A DNA stretch of 19,264 bases from Candidatus Dadabacteria bacterium (lineage in GTDB: Bacteria; Desulfobacterota_D; UBA1144; Nemesobacterales; CSP1-2). Positions 1-8,299 of this stretch are shown here, piece by piece; position 1 is the first letter of the stretch, and each line of letters opens with the position of its first letter. The position numbers and the translations under genes were made by a program. The notes beneath the pieces are model-generated. The model was not told the DNA's origin. It did no database searches and was given only the letters and a program-made list of their open reading frames with translations. The stretch is taken from positions 114,306 to 133,569 of the forward strand of contig PSLL01000005.1 of NCBI GenBank assembly GCA_040289575.1. Reading direction: 5' to 3'.

Positions 1-1824
1 GATGTGATTCATAGCATCGGCGATATAGATGAAGTGTTCAAAGAATTTGCTTGCAATGTCCTCATAAGCCGGATTATATTTTGCCAGTTCAATGGCGATT
101 GCAAGCATGTTGAGGCAGTACATTCTCATCCAGCTTGTGCCGTCGGACTGCTCTATGTGTCCTCCTGTGGGGAGCTGAACGCTTCTGTCGAAGACCCCAA
201 TGTTATCGAGTCCGAGGAATCCGCCCTGAAATACATTGTTCCCTTCTGCATCCTCTTGATTTACCCACCATGTAAAGTTCAAGAGTAACTTCTGAAATAC
301 GCGCTCAAGGAAGAGCCTATCCTCACGGCCATACATCTTTCTCTCTATGTTGTATATGCGCCATGCAGCCCAGGCGTGAACTGGAGGATTTACATCGTTA
401 AAATTCCATTCATAAGCCGGAATCTGGCCATTGGGATGCATATACCATTCTCTTGTAAGCAGTATAAGCTGACGCTTTGCAAAATCCGGGTCAATCATTG
501 AGAGCACAATAGTATGGAATGCCAGGTCCCATGCCGCAAACCAGGGATACTCCCATTTATCCGGCATTGAGAGGACATCGTCATTGTAGAGATGGAACCA
601 TTCATGGTTCCTGAGGCGTTTGCGCTCAGGCGGGGGGAGAGGGCAGGCCGGGTCTCCATTTAGCCAATCTTCTACCACATAATAGTAGAACTGTTTACTC
701 CAAAGCATCCCGGCAAATGCCTGCCTTTGTACATTTTTCATCTCTTCTGTCATAGGAAACGGACTGATACGTTCATAGAATTCATCCGCCTCACGCTTGC
801 GGTCTTGAAATATGGTCTCAAAGTCGGCTCTAAATGGCTCCGATAGGCTATTAGAGTCGCTGAGCCTCAGTGATACCGTTTTGGTCTCTCCCACACCGAC
901 ATTGAGCACATAATGCGCTGAGACCTTTGTCCCCGTCTGATTGGGGTTTACGGATTCCTTCTTGCCGTGCACTATGTAATCGTTGATTCCATCCTTGACA
1001 TAAGGAGAAGAATTGCCGACACCGAACGGCCTCTTATAGTTGGTCTCATTCTCGGTGAAGAGAAATTCATTTGGCTCTTCGCAGTAGAGCCACCTTTGTC
1101 CGAGGGTTGGGTGGGAGGCTTCTACTATATTTCTACGACCGTTCGATCTAATCAGCCTAAGAGAGGGTCTATCCTTGACGTGATTCTTGACCCATGACCA
1201 TGTGTTGCGGAACCACATTGTAGGCAGGAGATGGAGAGTCTTCTCTTCGGGCCCACGATTTATAACGCTAATTTGGATAAGGATATTCTCGGGTGAGCTT
1301 TTTGCGTATTCTATGAAAACATCAAAATATCTGTCATCAGCAAATACGCCCGTATCGAGGAGTTCAAATTCCGGCTCCCCGCGGTCTCTTCTCCTGTTTT
1401 CCTCAACCAACTGTGAATATGGAAAGGCCCGCTGAGGGTACTTGTATAGATACTTCATATATGAATGTGTGGGTGTATTGTCGAGATAGAAGTAGTATTC
1501 CTTTACATCCTCTCCGTGATTGTCCTCACTTCCTGTCAGGCCAAAGAGCCTTTCTTTGAGAATAGGGTCTTGGCCATTCCAAAGGGCTATTGCAAAGCAG
1601 AGCCTCTGATGGTTATCAGAGATTCCGGCGATGCCATCCTCACCCCACCTATATGCCCTTGAGCACGCCTGGTCGTGTGTGAAATAGTCCCATGCCGTGC
1701 CATAAGGGCTATAGTCTTCCCTTACGGTTCCCCACTGCCTTTCGCTCAAGTAGGGTCCCCAGCGCTTCCAGTATGCCTTTCGGGTGCGCTCCTCTTCCAA
1801 TCTTTTTTCTTCCTGTGTCGTCAT
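1..1824 (-). CDS. Glycoside hydrolase family 63 / MGH1-like glucosidase, 3'-partial (continues beyond left edge)
   Basis: Not in ORF track (no stop in window). ATG at 1824 with GAGGT SD. Manual translation gives [39 protein letters not shown]..., internal [19 protein letters not shown], and the same frame reads ...[22 protein letters not shown] at base 1. These motifs are typical of this glucosidase family. Confidence 0.9.
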   Translation of the reverse strand, partial: MTTQEEKRLEEERTRKAYWKRWGPYLSERQWGTVREDYSPYGTAWDYFTHDQACSRAYRWGEDGIAGISDNHQRLCFAIALWNGQDPILKERLFGLTGSEDNHGEDVKEYYFYLDNTPTHSYMKYLYKYPQRAFPYSQLVEENRRRDRGEPEFELLDTGVFADDRYFDVFIEYAKSSPENILIQISVINRGPEEKTLHLLPTMWFRNTWSWVKNHVKDRPSLRLIRSNGRRNIVEASHPTLGQRWLYCEEPNEFLFTENETNYKRPFGVGNSSPYVKDGINDYIVHGKKESVNPNQTGTKVSAHYVLNVGVGETKTVSLRLSDSNSLSEPFRADFETIFQDRKREADEFYERISPFPMTEEMKNVQRQAFAGMLWSKQFYYYVVEDWLNGDPACPLPPPERKRLRNHEWFHLYNDDVLSMPDKWEYPWFAAWDLAFHTIVLSMIDPDFAKRQLILLTREWYMHPNGQIPAYEWNFNDVNPPVHAWAAWRIYNIERKMYGREDRLFLERVFQKLLLNFTWWVNQEDAEGNNVFQGGFLGLDNIGVFDRSVQLPTGGHIEQSDGTSWMRMYCLNMLAIAIELAKYNPAYEDIASKFFEHFIYIADAMNHI

Positions 1825-1975
1825 ATTTGGGTACCTCAAGTTGTTTTGATATATTAGATGATAGGGCTTTAAATAAGGATTTAAAGTGAATAAACTGGGG
1901 TAACCCAAGTGGTTTATCTCTGCCACTATGCCCTTGATAAGTCAATTCCCCGGTCTTTGCATCTGTCTACCATCC

Positions 1976-2173
1976 TCAATTAGCCTTGCGAACCTCTGTT
2001 TTCCCACATTCCGGGCATGTATGGGCTTCTTTAAGAACACCGCCGATGTATGGGTCTATATCATCCGGCTCGGATAGCGCCGCCGTGTAATCAACCTTAT
2101 ACGCATGGTGATTCATCTCCACGCCGCAATCTGGACAAATCATCTTATTTGATTTTTTATTGTCTTCTGACAT
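1976..2173 (-). CDS. Small zinc-ribbon protein with two CPxCG motifs (65 aa); in frame with the upstream FMN reductase ORF as sequenced
   Basis: MSEDNKKSNKMICPDCGVEMNHH...AHTCPECGKTEVRKAN. Own ATG at 2173, preceded by an SD-like GGAAGG. Confidence 0.65.
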   Translation of the reverse strand: MSEDNKKSNKMICPDCGVEMNHHAYKVDYTAALSEPDDIDPYIGGVLKEAHTCPECGKTEVRKAN

Positions 2174-2785
2174 ATAGCCTTCCAGACTAAAGTCAATTAT
2201 AAAAAATCTTATCGTTACTCCAGAGGGGACATTCTCACACCCGTACCTCAAAACCCTTGCCATCCATATTAGTTCTTTCAAGAATTTATCAATGCGCTTG
2301 ATGTAGGCTTGATCTAGGAGATTGCCTGAGGAATCGAATATGTTTTGGATGCTGGAGAAGTTTCCGTCCCAAAATATGGTTACTAGTCCCAGCTCCCTCA
2401 TCACGGGAAGTAGGCTTTGTATTACCCTCGTGCCTCCAAATCCCCCTGCGGAGACGCCACAGATTCCAACGGCCTTGTGTATATACTCCTTGAGGTTTGT
2501 ATCGAGCACGTGCTTGAGGAGACCAGGATAGCCGTGATTATACTCCGGTGCGACGATAATTAATGCATCCGCGCGTATGACGGTTGAGGAGAATGTAGTA
2601 TCCTTTATTGATTCACCGGCATCCATCGTCGATAAGGGAATATTGCGTATGTCAATCAATTCTGTCTCTACGCCATCCCGTTTCCTAACCTCTTCGACGA
2701 CGAATCTCGCCACGTACTCGCTCATTCGTTTCTGGCGCGGCGTGCCAAGAATAACCGGAATGAAAATTGGTCGGTTTGCATCCAT
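1976..2785 (-). CDS. NADPH-dependent FMN reductase (flavodoxin-like fold); as sequenced it reads through into the zinc-ribbon ORF, probable ancestral stop at 2215-2217
   Basis: Motifs ILGTPRQKRMS, IIVAPEYNHGYPGLLKHVLD and GVSAGGFGGTR. Start moved to ATG 2785 (AAAGGA SD upstream). Confidence 0.85.
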   Translation of the reverse strand: MDANRPIFIPVILGTPRQKRMSEYVARFVVEEVRKRDGVETELIDIRNIPLSTMDAGESIKDTTFSSTVIRADALIIVAPEYNHGYPGLLKHVLDTNLKEYIHKAVGICGVSAGGFGGTRVIQSLLPVMRELGLVTIFWDGNFSSIQNIFDSSGNLLDQAYIKRIDKFLKELIWMARVLRYGCENVPSGVTIRFFIIDFSLEGYMSEDNKKSNKMICPDCGVEMNHHAYKVDYTAALSEPDDIDPYIGGVLKEAHTCPECGKTEVRKAN

Positions 2786-2812
2786 ACTGAATCGTCCTTT
2801 TATTCTGTATTT

Positions 2813-2881
2813 AGCCACGGATTAACACAAATTATTTTTTTAATAAACTCTATTCGTGGAAATTCGTATCTATTAGTGGCT
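2813..2881. repeat. Degenerate inverted repeat (AGCCAC...GTGGCT) between the glucose dehydrogenase and FMN reductase genes
   Basis: 2813-2833 AGCCACGGATTAACACAAATT matches the reverse complement of 2861-2881 (AGCCACTAATAGATACGAATT) at 15 of 21 positions. Confidence 0.4.
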
Positions 2882-2905
2882 GATACTGTTTTCTCTTTCC
2901 CATGA

Positions 2906-4012
2906 TTACAGAATCGGGGCAACTTCGCAAAATACCTTAATTGCGCCTTTGGCTTTAGTGAGGGTTTTCATCAACTCCTGATAGCTTTCGAGTCCTTTTA
3001 CAGGATGTGTGAGAAAATCCAATAACCATCCCGGCCACTCAAGTTCAGCCTGGGAAAGGTCCTTGACTCCCATTTCAAAATACTCGCGATTGGCGTTCAC
3101 AGTGCCTACTACAACCTTGTTGCCGAGTACAAATCCCAGATTGATCTTGTCTGATGGAACCTCGATTTCTCGCCCACCCCCTGTAACGCTGGCAAGAATT
3201 AGCACCCCATTTTTCCCCAGTATTTCCATAGCCTCAAACGCCAGAGGTGAAAATCCCGTCGCCTCAAAAATGATCTCAAATGGGCTACGTTCTTTTGCCT
3301 CTTTTACGAGTGTAGTATCCTGTGTACTGTGATAGCAACCGCCAATTTGTTCAATAAGGTCGGAATTTAAATACGGCGGTTTTGTCAGGCCGTATGTGCA
3401 GACCTCAAGACCCCTAAGGCGGAGAGCCATAGTTGCCAGAAGTCCTATCGTTCCTGCGCCGAGCACCGCAGCGCGTTTTGGATGCCAAACACGAAGGCGC
3501 CTCTGAATCTCATAGGCCTGTGCGATTCCCTTTTCAACCACGCTTGTAGGCTCAAGGAGAACCCCAACCTCTTTCAAACCCTTGGGCACTTTAATTATGT
3601 ACTCCGGTTCATCCACATAGTATTCGGTGAGATAACCATGACGCAGATTGATCCCGCGCTCGAAATACTTATCGTCTGTCGTCATGTCGTACATGCCGAT
3701 CTTATCGTAAATGCTGGTTCCGGGCCGACGCACGGTCGCGGTGACATAATCGCCCACCCTTAGCTCCCTGACACTTGGTCCAACCTCTTCAACAATGCCA
3801 AATGACTCATGCCCGATAATGAGGTAATCATCTCCTGGCGGCGCGGCCCCATATTCAGCCGCATTTATTTCTTTATCCGTGCCGTCTATGCCCACGCGCA
3901 AGATTTTTACAAGCACGCCTCGTCCATTTGGAATGTCGCTCACCTTGGGCTTTTGCACTGAGCGCAGATGCACAGAATTGGGTTTTCTGGGGATTAGAGC
4001 AATGGCTTTCAT
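2906..4012 (-). CDS. Zinc-dependent glucose 1-dehydrogenase (MDR superfamily, archaeal-type Gdh family)
   Basis: [39 protein letters not shown], Rossmann [26 protein letters not shown]. Start at ATG 4012 with AAGGAGA SD. Confidence 0.85.
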   Translation of the reverse strand: MKAIALIPRKPNSVHLRSVQKPKVSDIPNGRGVLVKILRVGIDGTDKEINAAEYGAAPPGDDYLIIGHESFGIVEEVGPSVRELRVGDYVTATVRRPGTSIYDKIGMYDMTTDDKYFERGINLRHGYLTEYYVDEPEYIIKVPKGLKEVGVLLEPTSVVEKGIAQAYEIQRRLRVWHPKRAAVLGAGTIGLLATMALRLRGLEVCTYGLTKPPYLNSDLIEQIGGCYHSTQDTTLVKEAKERSPFEIIFEATGFSPLAFEAMEILGKNGVLILASVTGGGREIEVPSDKINLGFVLGNKVVVGTVNANREYFEMGVKDLSQAELEWPGWLLDFLTHPVKGLESYQELMKTLTKAKGAIKVFCEVAPIL

Positions 4013-4014
4013 AT

Positions 4015-4776
4015 TTATGTTCTCCTTAAATACCATTTTGATATTTTTATTCTATAGGGTAGATTTCTGCGCCTGCTCCCACGTATATTCTCTAACCAAT
4101 TATAATTGTCATTTATATGTCCCAATCTTTCAAGAATCTTTTTCGCATATTGTTCGTTCATTTTTCTACTAACTACTGCGTGGCCATAAGCTCCAGTGTC
4201 CATCCCGGAGCGATGGGGGGTGCCCCGGCCTTTATTGTTTCTCCATCGAGCTTGCCGACAAACGATATGTGCCCCATTGGATATTCCCATATCATTCGGT
4301 GCATAGAAGAGGTCATTGGATTGTCCAAACATCATCGCGAACGATAATCTCGATCCCGGGGTCGCAGTAAATGTGAATTCATATACTCCAGCCGGTCCAA
4401 TCGGACCAGGAGCCGTCGCGCCTACAGGGGTATTAAAGATACTGATTGATTTGACTCCGGGCTGTTTCTTGAGCGACTCCGCAAGCATTGCGGGATTGCC
4501 GTCCTCAGGTTGGGCCTCAAGGCCCTTATCGCGATCATATTTTTCTGTTTTAAAAAGCGGAGCATTCTTGTCGTGTACTAACCAAACACCGGGGGATAAT
4601 GCAAACGGCCAGTTAGTGTCATTCGAGGCTGTTTGTCCATCTGGATTTGAGATGTTCTCGATGCGGGCTTTGAACTTGGTGGCACCCCAATGTTGGGCTG
4701 GAAGCCCTGACCGAAATCCTGAGGCTATAAAAACCAGACTAATGATTGATGTTATATGTAATACTTTTCGCAACAT
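4015..4776 (-). pseudogene. Secreted spondin_N-domain protein, apparently truncated after ~4280 with a non-homologous tail
   Basis: Signal-peptide-like N-terminus and spondin motifs ALSPGVWLVH, LEAQPEDGNP, FAMMFGQSNDLFYAP. The expected C-terminal WDAGTE motif is absent. Start at ATG 4776 by AGGAG spacing. Confidence 0.6.
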
Positions 4777-4915
4777 ATACATATCTCCTATTTTTGAATG
4801 GTTTAATCTGATTGCGCCTAATTAGATGTTGGGAGAGAAAGCAAGGATGCACATTTGACTTACTCAAAGACTCGGATAGATTCTATTTCTGTAATTTCTT
4901 AGCATCATTGAGGAG

Positions 4916-4943
4916 ATGGGGACAATTCATGAATTGTCCCCAT
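4916..4943. repeat. Perfect 28-bp palindrome, REP-like, in the fumC leader
   Basis: ATGGGGACAATTCATGAATTGTCCCCAT equals its own reverse complement. Confidence 0.8.
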
Positions 4944-4974
4944 AATAGCAATCATTGAAGGAGGACTACTGAAT

Positions 4975-6396
4975 ATGTCAAAAGAGGGATTCAGAATTGA
5001 AAGCGATTCAATGGGTGAGATGAGGGTTCCTGCTTCTGCATACTACGGTGCTCAGACAGCGAGGGCGGTTGAGAATTTCCCAATAAGCGGGATTCGTTTC
5101 CCTAGGCCGTTTATTAGGGCGATTGGAATGATAAAGCTCGCCGCCGCACAGGCGAACGTGGAACTCGGACTCCTTGACCCAAAGATCGGAGAGGCCATAT
5201 CAAAGTCGGCAAAAGAGGTAATAGATGGAAAGTTAGACGACCATTTTGTTCTCGATATATTTCAGACAGGTTCTGGAACCTCGACAAACATGAATGCGAA
5301 TGAGGTTATATCCAACCGCGCAAATGAAATCCTCGGGGGGAAAATCGGCGATAGAAAACCTGTTCACCCGAATGACCACGTAAACATGGGTCAGTCAAGC
5401 AATGACGTGATTCCTACGGCTATTCACGTATCCGCCCTTGAGGCGATTGAAAAAAAGCTGTTGCCCGCGCTTAAAAGGCTTCACGGGGCATTGGCCGATA
5501 AGGCAAAGGAGTTTGATCGGATTGTAAAGATCGGGCGCACCCACCTTCAGGACGCGACTCCGATTAGACTTGGGCAGGAATTTAGCGGGTATGCGACCAT
5601 GGTCGATCATGGAATAAGAAGGGTTGATGGTACAAGACACCATCTATCTGAACTTGCAATTGGGGGAACGGCGGTCGGAACTGGAATAAATTCACACCCC
5701 AAGTTTGGTAGTCTCGTGGCAAAGAATCTAACAGATATGACTGGGATCAATTTTAGAGAGGCAGAAAACCACTTTGAGGCTCAGGGTGCGAAGGATGCTG
5801 TTGTTGAGGCAAGCGGCGCGCTTAAGACTGTGGCTGTAAGCCTTATGAAAATAGCAAATGACATAAGGTGGCTTGGGAGTGGGCCTCGATGTGGAATCGG
5901 TGAGATACTGATTCCTCCGGTTCAGCCCGGCTCATCCATCATGCCCGGGAAGGTGAACCCAGTGATTGCGGAATCCGTCTGTCAGGTTGCGGCTCAGGTT
6001 ATAGGAAACGACCTTACAATCACAATAGGGGGGCATTCTGGGAACTTTGAGCTCAATGTAATGATGCCAGTCATGGCTCATAATATACTCCAGTCAATAG
6101 AGCTTCTCTCTAATGTTTCACAGGTATTTGTGGAGAAATGCATAATGGGGATTAGAGCTGATAGGGAGCGTTGCGAGGATATGATTGAAAAGAGCCTTGC
6201 CATGTGTACCGTTCTTGCCCCTATAATCGGTTATGACGCCGCCGCAAAACTCGCAAAAGAGGCTTACGAGACCGGGAAAACCGTAAGGCAGGTGGCTAAG
6301 GAGAAAAGGATTCTCCCCGAGGATGAATTAAATAAGGTGCTCGATCCTTGGTCAATGACTGAGCCCGGGGTCACGAAATGGAGCGCGGGCGGATAA
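4975..6396 (+). CDS. fumC: Class II fumarate hydratase
   Basis: FRIESDSMG, QTGSGTSTNMNANEVI, VHPNDHVNMGQSSND, GRTHLQDATP and signature GSSIMPGKVNP. AAGGAGG SD. Confidence 0.93.
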   Translation: MSKEGFRIESDSMGEMRVPASAYYGAQTARAVENFPISGIRFPRPFIRAIGMIKLAAAQANVELGLLDPKIGEAISKSAKEVIDGKLDDHFVLDIFQTGSGTSTNMNANEVISNRANEILGGKIGDRKPVHPNDHVNMGQSSNDVIPTAIHVSALEAIEKKLLPALKRLHGALADKAKEFDRIVKIGRTHLQDATPIRLGQEFSGYATMVDHGIRRVDGTRHHLSELAIGGTAVGTGINSHPKFGSLVAKNLTDMTGINFREAENHFEAQGAKDAVVEASGALKTVAVSLMKIANDIRWLGSGPRCGIGEILIPPVQPGSSIMPGKVNPVIAESVCQVAAQVIGNDLTITIGGHSGNFELNVMMPVMAHNILQSIELLSNVSQVFVEKCIMGIRADRERCEDMIEKSLAMCTVLAPIIGYDAAAKLAKEAYETGKTVRQVAKEKRILPEDELNKVLDPWSMTEPGVTKWSAGG

Positions 6397-6436
6397 AAAT
6401 GCCATTCGCGCATGTATTAAGTGGGGAGGAAGGTAA

Positions 6437-7126
6437 GTGAACATGACTCTAAATCGGGTAGTGTTCTTGCTCGATGTTGATAACACCCTTCTAGACAATG
6501 ATCGTGTGGTTGTTGACCTGATGAATCACCTTGAGCGTGAGGTTGGGCATGAGCGACAGCAGCGCTACTGGGCGATTTTTGAGGAGCTTCGAGCCGAGCT
6601 CGGATACGCCGATTACCTCGGTGCGCTGCAGCGATACCGAATTGAGTACCCGCGTGATCCGCATCTCCTCACGGTCTCACATTTCCTTATTGAATATCCG
6701 TTCGCAAACCGCCTTTTCCCGAATTCGCTCGACGTTGTGGATCGTCTCAAGGGATGGGGACCTACGATTATTCTATCCGATGGCGATGTGGTCTTCCAGC
6801 CACGCAAGATTGAGAGATCGGGTCTACAGGAGGCGGTGGACAAAAACGTCCTGATTTACATACATAAGGAGCTTGAGCTTGATGATGTTGAGAGCCGTTA
6901 TCCGGCTGAGCACTATGTGTTGGTGGATGATAAACTACGTATATTGACAACTATAAAAAATGTATGGGGCAGACGCGTGACAACCGTCTTTCCTCGTCAG
7001 GGTCACTATGCACACGACCCAACAGTCCTTACAAAATATCCACCCGCGGACATCAAAATAGAGCGGATAGGGGATTTATTAGATTATGACATTCAAACTC
7101 TGATTGTGGCAGGGTGGGGTGTCTGA
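6437..7126 (+). CDS. HAD-superfamily hydrolase
   Basis: Motif I FLLDVDNTLLD, motif II ILSDGD, motif IV LVDDK. GGAGG SD upstream of GTG. Confidence 0.85.
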   Translation: MNMTLNRVVFLLDVDNTLLDNDRVVVDLMNHLEREVGHERQQRYWAIFEELRAELGYADYLGALQRYRIEYPRDPHLLTVSHFLIEYPFANRLFPNSLDVVDRLKGWGPTIILSDGDVVFQPRKIERSGLQEAVDKNVLIYIHKELELDDVESRYPAEHYVLVDDKLRILTTIKNVWGRRVTTVFPRQGHYAHDPTVLTKYPPADIKIERIGDLLDYDIQTLIVAGWGV

Positions 7127-7214
7127 CATGGGCTATGGTCTATCTTACAATCGGCGATTGCAAGATTGTGGGATGGCAAAGGGTGTGGTGAATTTAGGTG
7201 CGCGGTTCCTACGT

Positions 7215-7409
7215 CTATATCCTTCTCCAAAATATTCCGACGATCGCCGATATAGCGCCGATGGCATAGAAAATGAGATACATGACAAATGCCGATGCGG
7301 AAAAACTCCAAAAAAGGAACCTTACTTCTATGGCCCTTGCATTTTGTGCAAGTAGAATTATGATTAGCAGAGCTACGATCAGAATAACAATCGTCTTGGG
7401 CTTCTTCAT
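7215..7409 (-). CDS. Small membrane protein, LapA/DUF1049-like
   Basis: Two hydrophobic helices around AQNARAIEVRFLFW (QN...V.FLFW pattern of this family). GAGGAGG SD. Confidence 0.7.
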   Translation of the reverse strand: MKKPKTIVILIVALLIIILLAQNARAIEVRFLFWSFSASAFVMYLIFYAIGAISAIVGIFWRRI

Positions 7410-7602
7410 ATTCTTCCTCCTCTTGAAATATAGCGCATTTAACCCTTATTCCTATAGGGATTGGGATGTAAGTCTCAAATTAGGTACGAGATTAATCGTT
7501 GTTTTTGATACCTACAATCCTATGAGAATTTCTACTCTCAGAAATAGAAGGCTACGAATAGCCCCTTAGGTAGAGTCTGTATTAATACAAGATTTACAAT
7601 TG

Positions 7603-8217
7603 CTATGTGGTTATCTTATCTGCCATCTGTCTTATGTGCCTTTCTATATCGGCAAGATAATCGAGTATAGCAAGGTAAACTGAGGAGGCCTTGGGTATAC
7701 ATGTGCCCTCAATCAGACGCTCATGGTGGGCAAGCGCATATTCGCCGATCATATTCTGAAATTTCTCTCCCTCTTCTTTGATGTATCTTATAAGCACCTT
7801 ATTTTTCGTTTTCATGGCGTCTCGAACGCATTCAAGAAGCTCAACAGCTTTGTTAAAAAGCGTATTGATCTCTCTTATTGCCCTTTCACTAAATAGCGTT
7901 CCATCGTGTATCATTCCTATTATGCACCTTACAAGAAGCTCAATGTTGTCCCCAATTCTCTCAAGATGTCCGGGGAGGAACCCCAATTCTTTAATCGGCT
8001 CTTCCATTCTTGATAAACTGGTTGTAATTAGGTGCGTCAATTCCTTTTCCTTTTGGTGTATTTCTCGTCCGATTTTCTCCGCTTGACTGAGCTTTTCTTT
8101 ATCGTGCCTTCGGAATCCCTCCCATGTCGCCTCAAGCATTTCTTTTGTCCAATCACACATAACCCTTATTTCTTCTTCCAGGTTTTTTGAGGTTTCTAAT
8201 GCGGCTTCTCTAGACAT
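7603..8217 (-). CDS. Stand-alone PhoU-domain protein (similar to the cytoplasmic domain of Na+/Pi cotransporters)
   Basis: Helical repeats with HLERIGDNIE, FSERAIREI, HHERLIEGTC, YLAILD...IERH. GAGGAGG SD. Confidence 0.8.
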   Translation of the reverse strand: MSREAALETSKNLEEEIRVMCDWTKEMLEATWEGFRRHDKEKLSQAEKIGREIHQKEKELTHLITTSLSRMEEPIKELGFLPGHLERIGDNIELLVRCIIGMIHDGTLFSERAIREINTLFNKAVELLECVRDAMKTKNKVLIRYIKEEGEKFQNMIGEYALAHHERLIEGTCIPKASSVYLAILDYLADIERHIRQMADKITT

Positions 8218-8264
8218 TTGATTTCCTCCTCTAATGGGGGAAAATTAAACTTCTCCGATTTAGG

Positions 8265-8294
8265 ATTATAGCACCAAACGGGCACGAATGTAAA
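8265..8294 (-). promoter_or_regulatory. Putative sigma70 promoter for the PhoU-domain gene
   Basis: Minus strand TTTACA-N18-TATAAT, with an extended -10 TG (tgcTATAAT). Confidence 0.55.
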
Positions 8295-8299
8295 ATAGT

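Noticed and set aside
4..1889. Short plus-strand ORFs over 4-1889
   Set aside because: Antisense shadows of the GH63 gene, which is open on the minus strand from 1824 to base 1.
7467..7478. 12-mer TGTAAGTCTCAA shared with ~19227-19238
   Set aside because: Several chance 12-mer matches are expected in 19 kb, and the flanks do not align.
7104..7569. Plus-strand ORFs of 83 and 98 aa after the HAD gene
   Set aside because: They overlap the better-supported minus-strand LapA-like gene and have no recognisable motifs.
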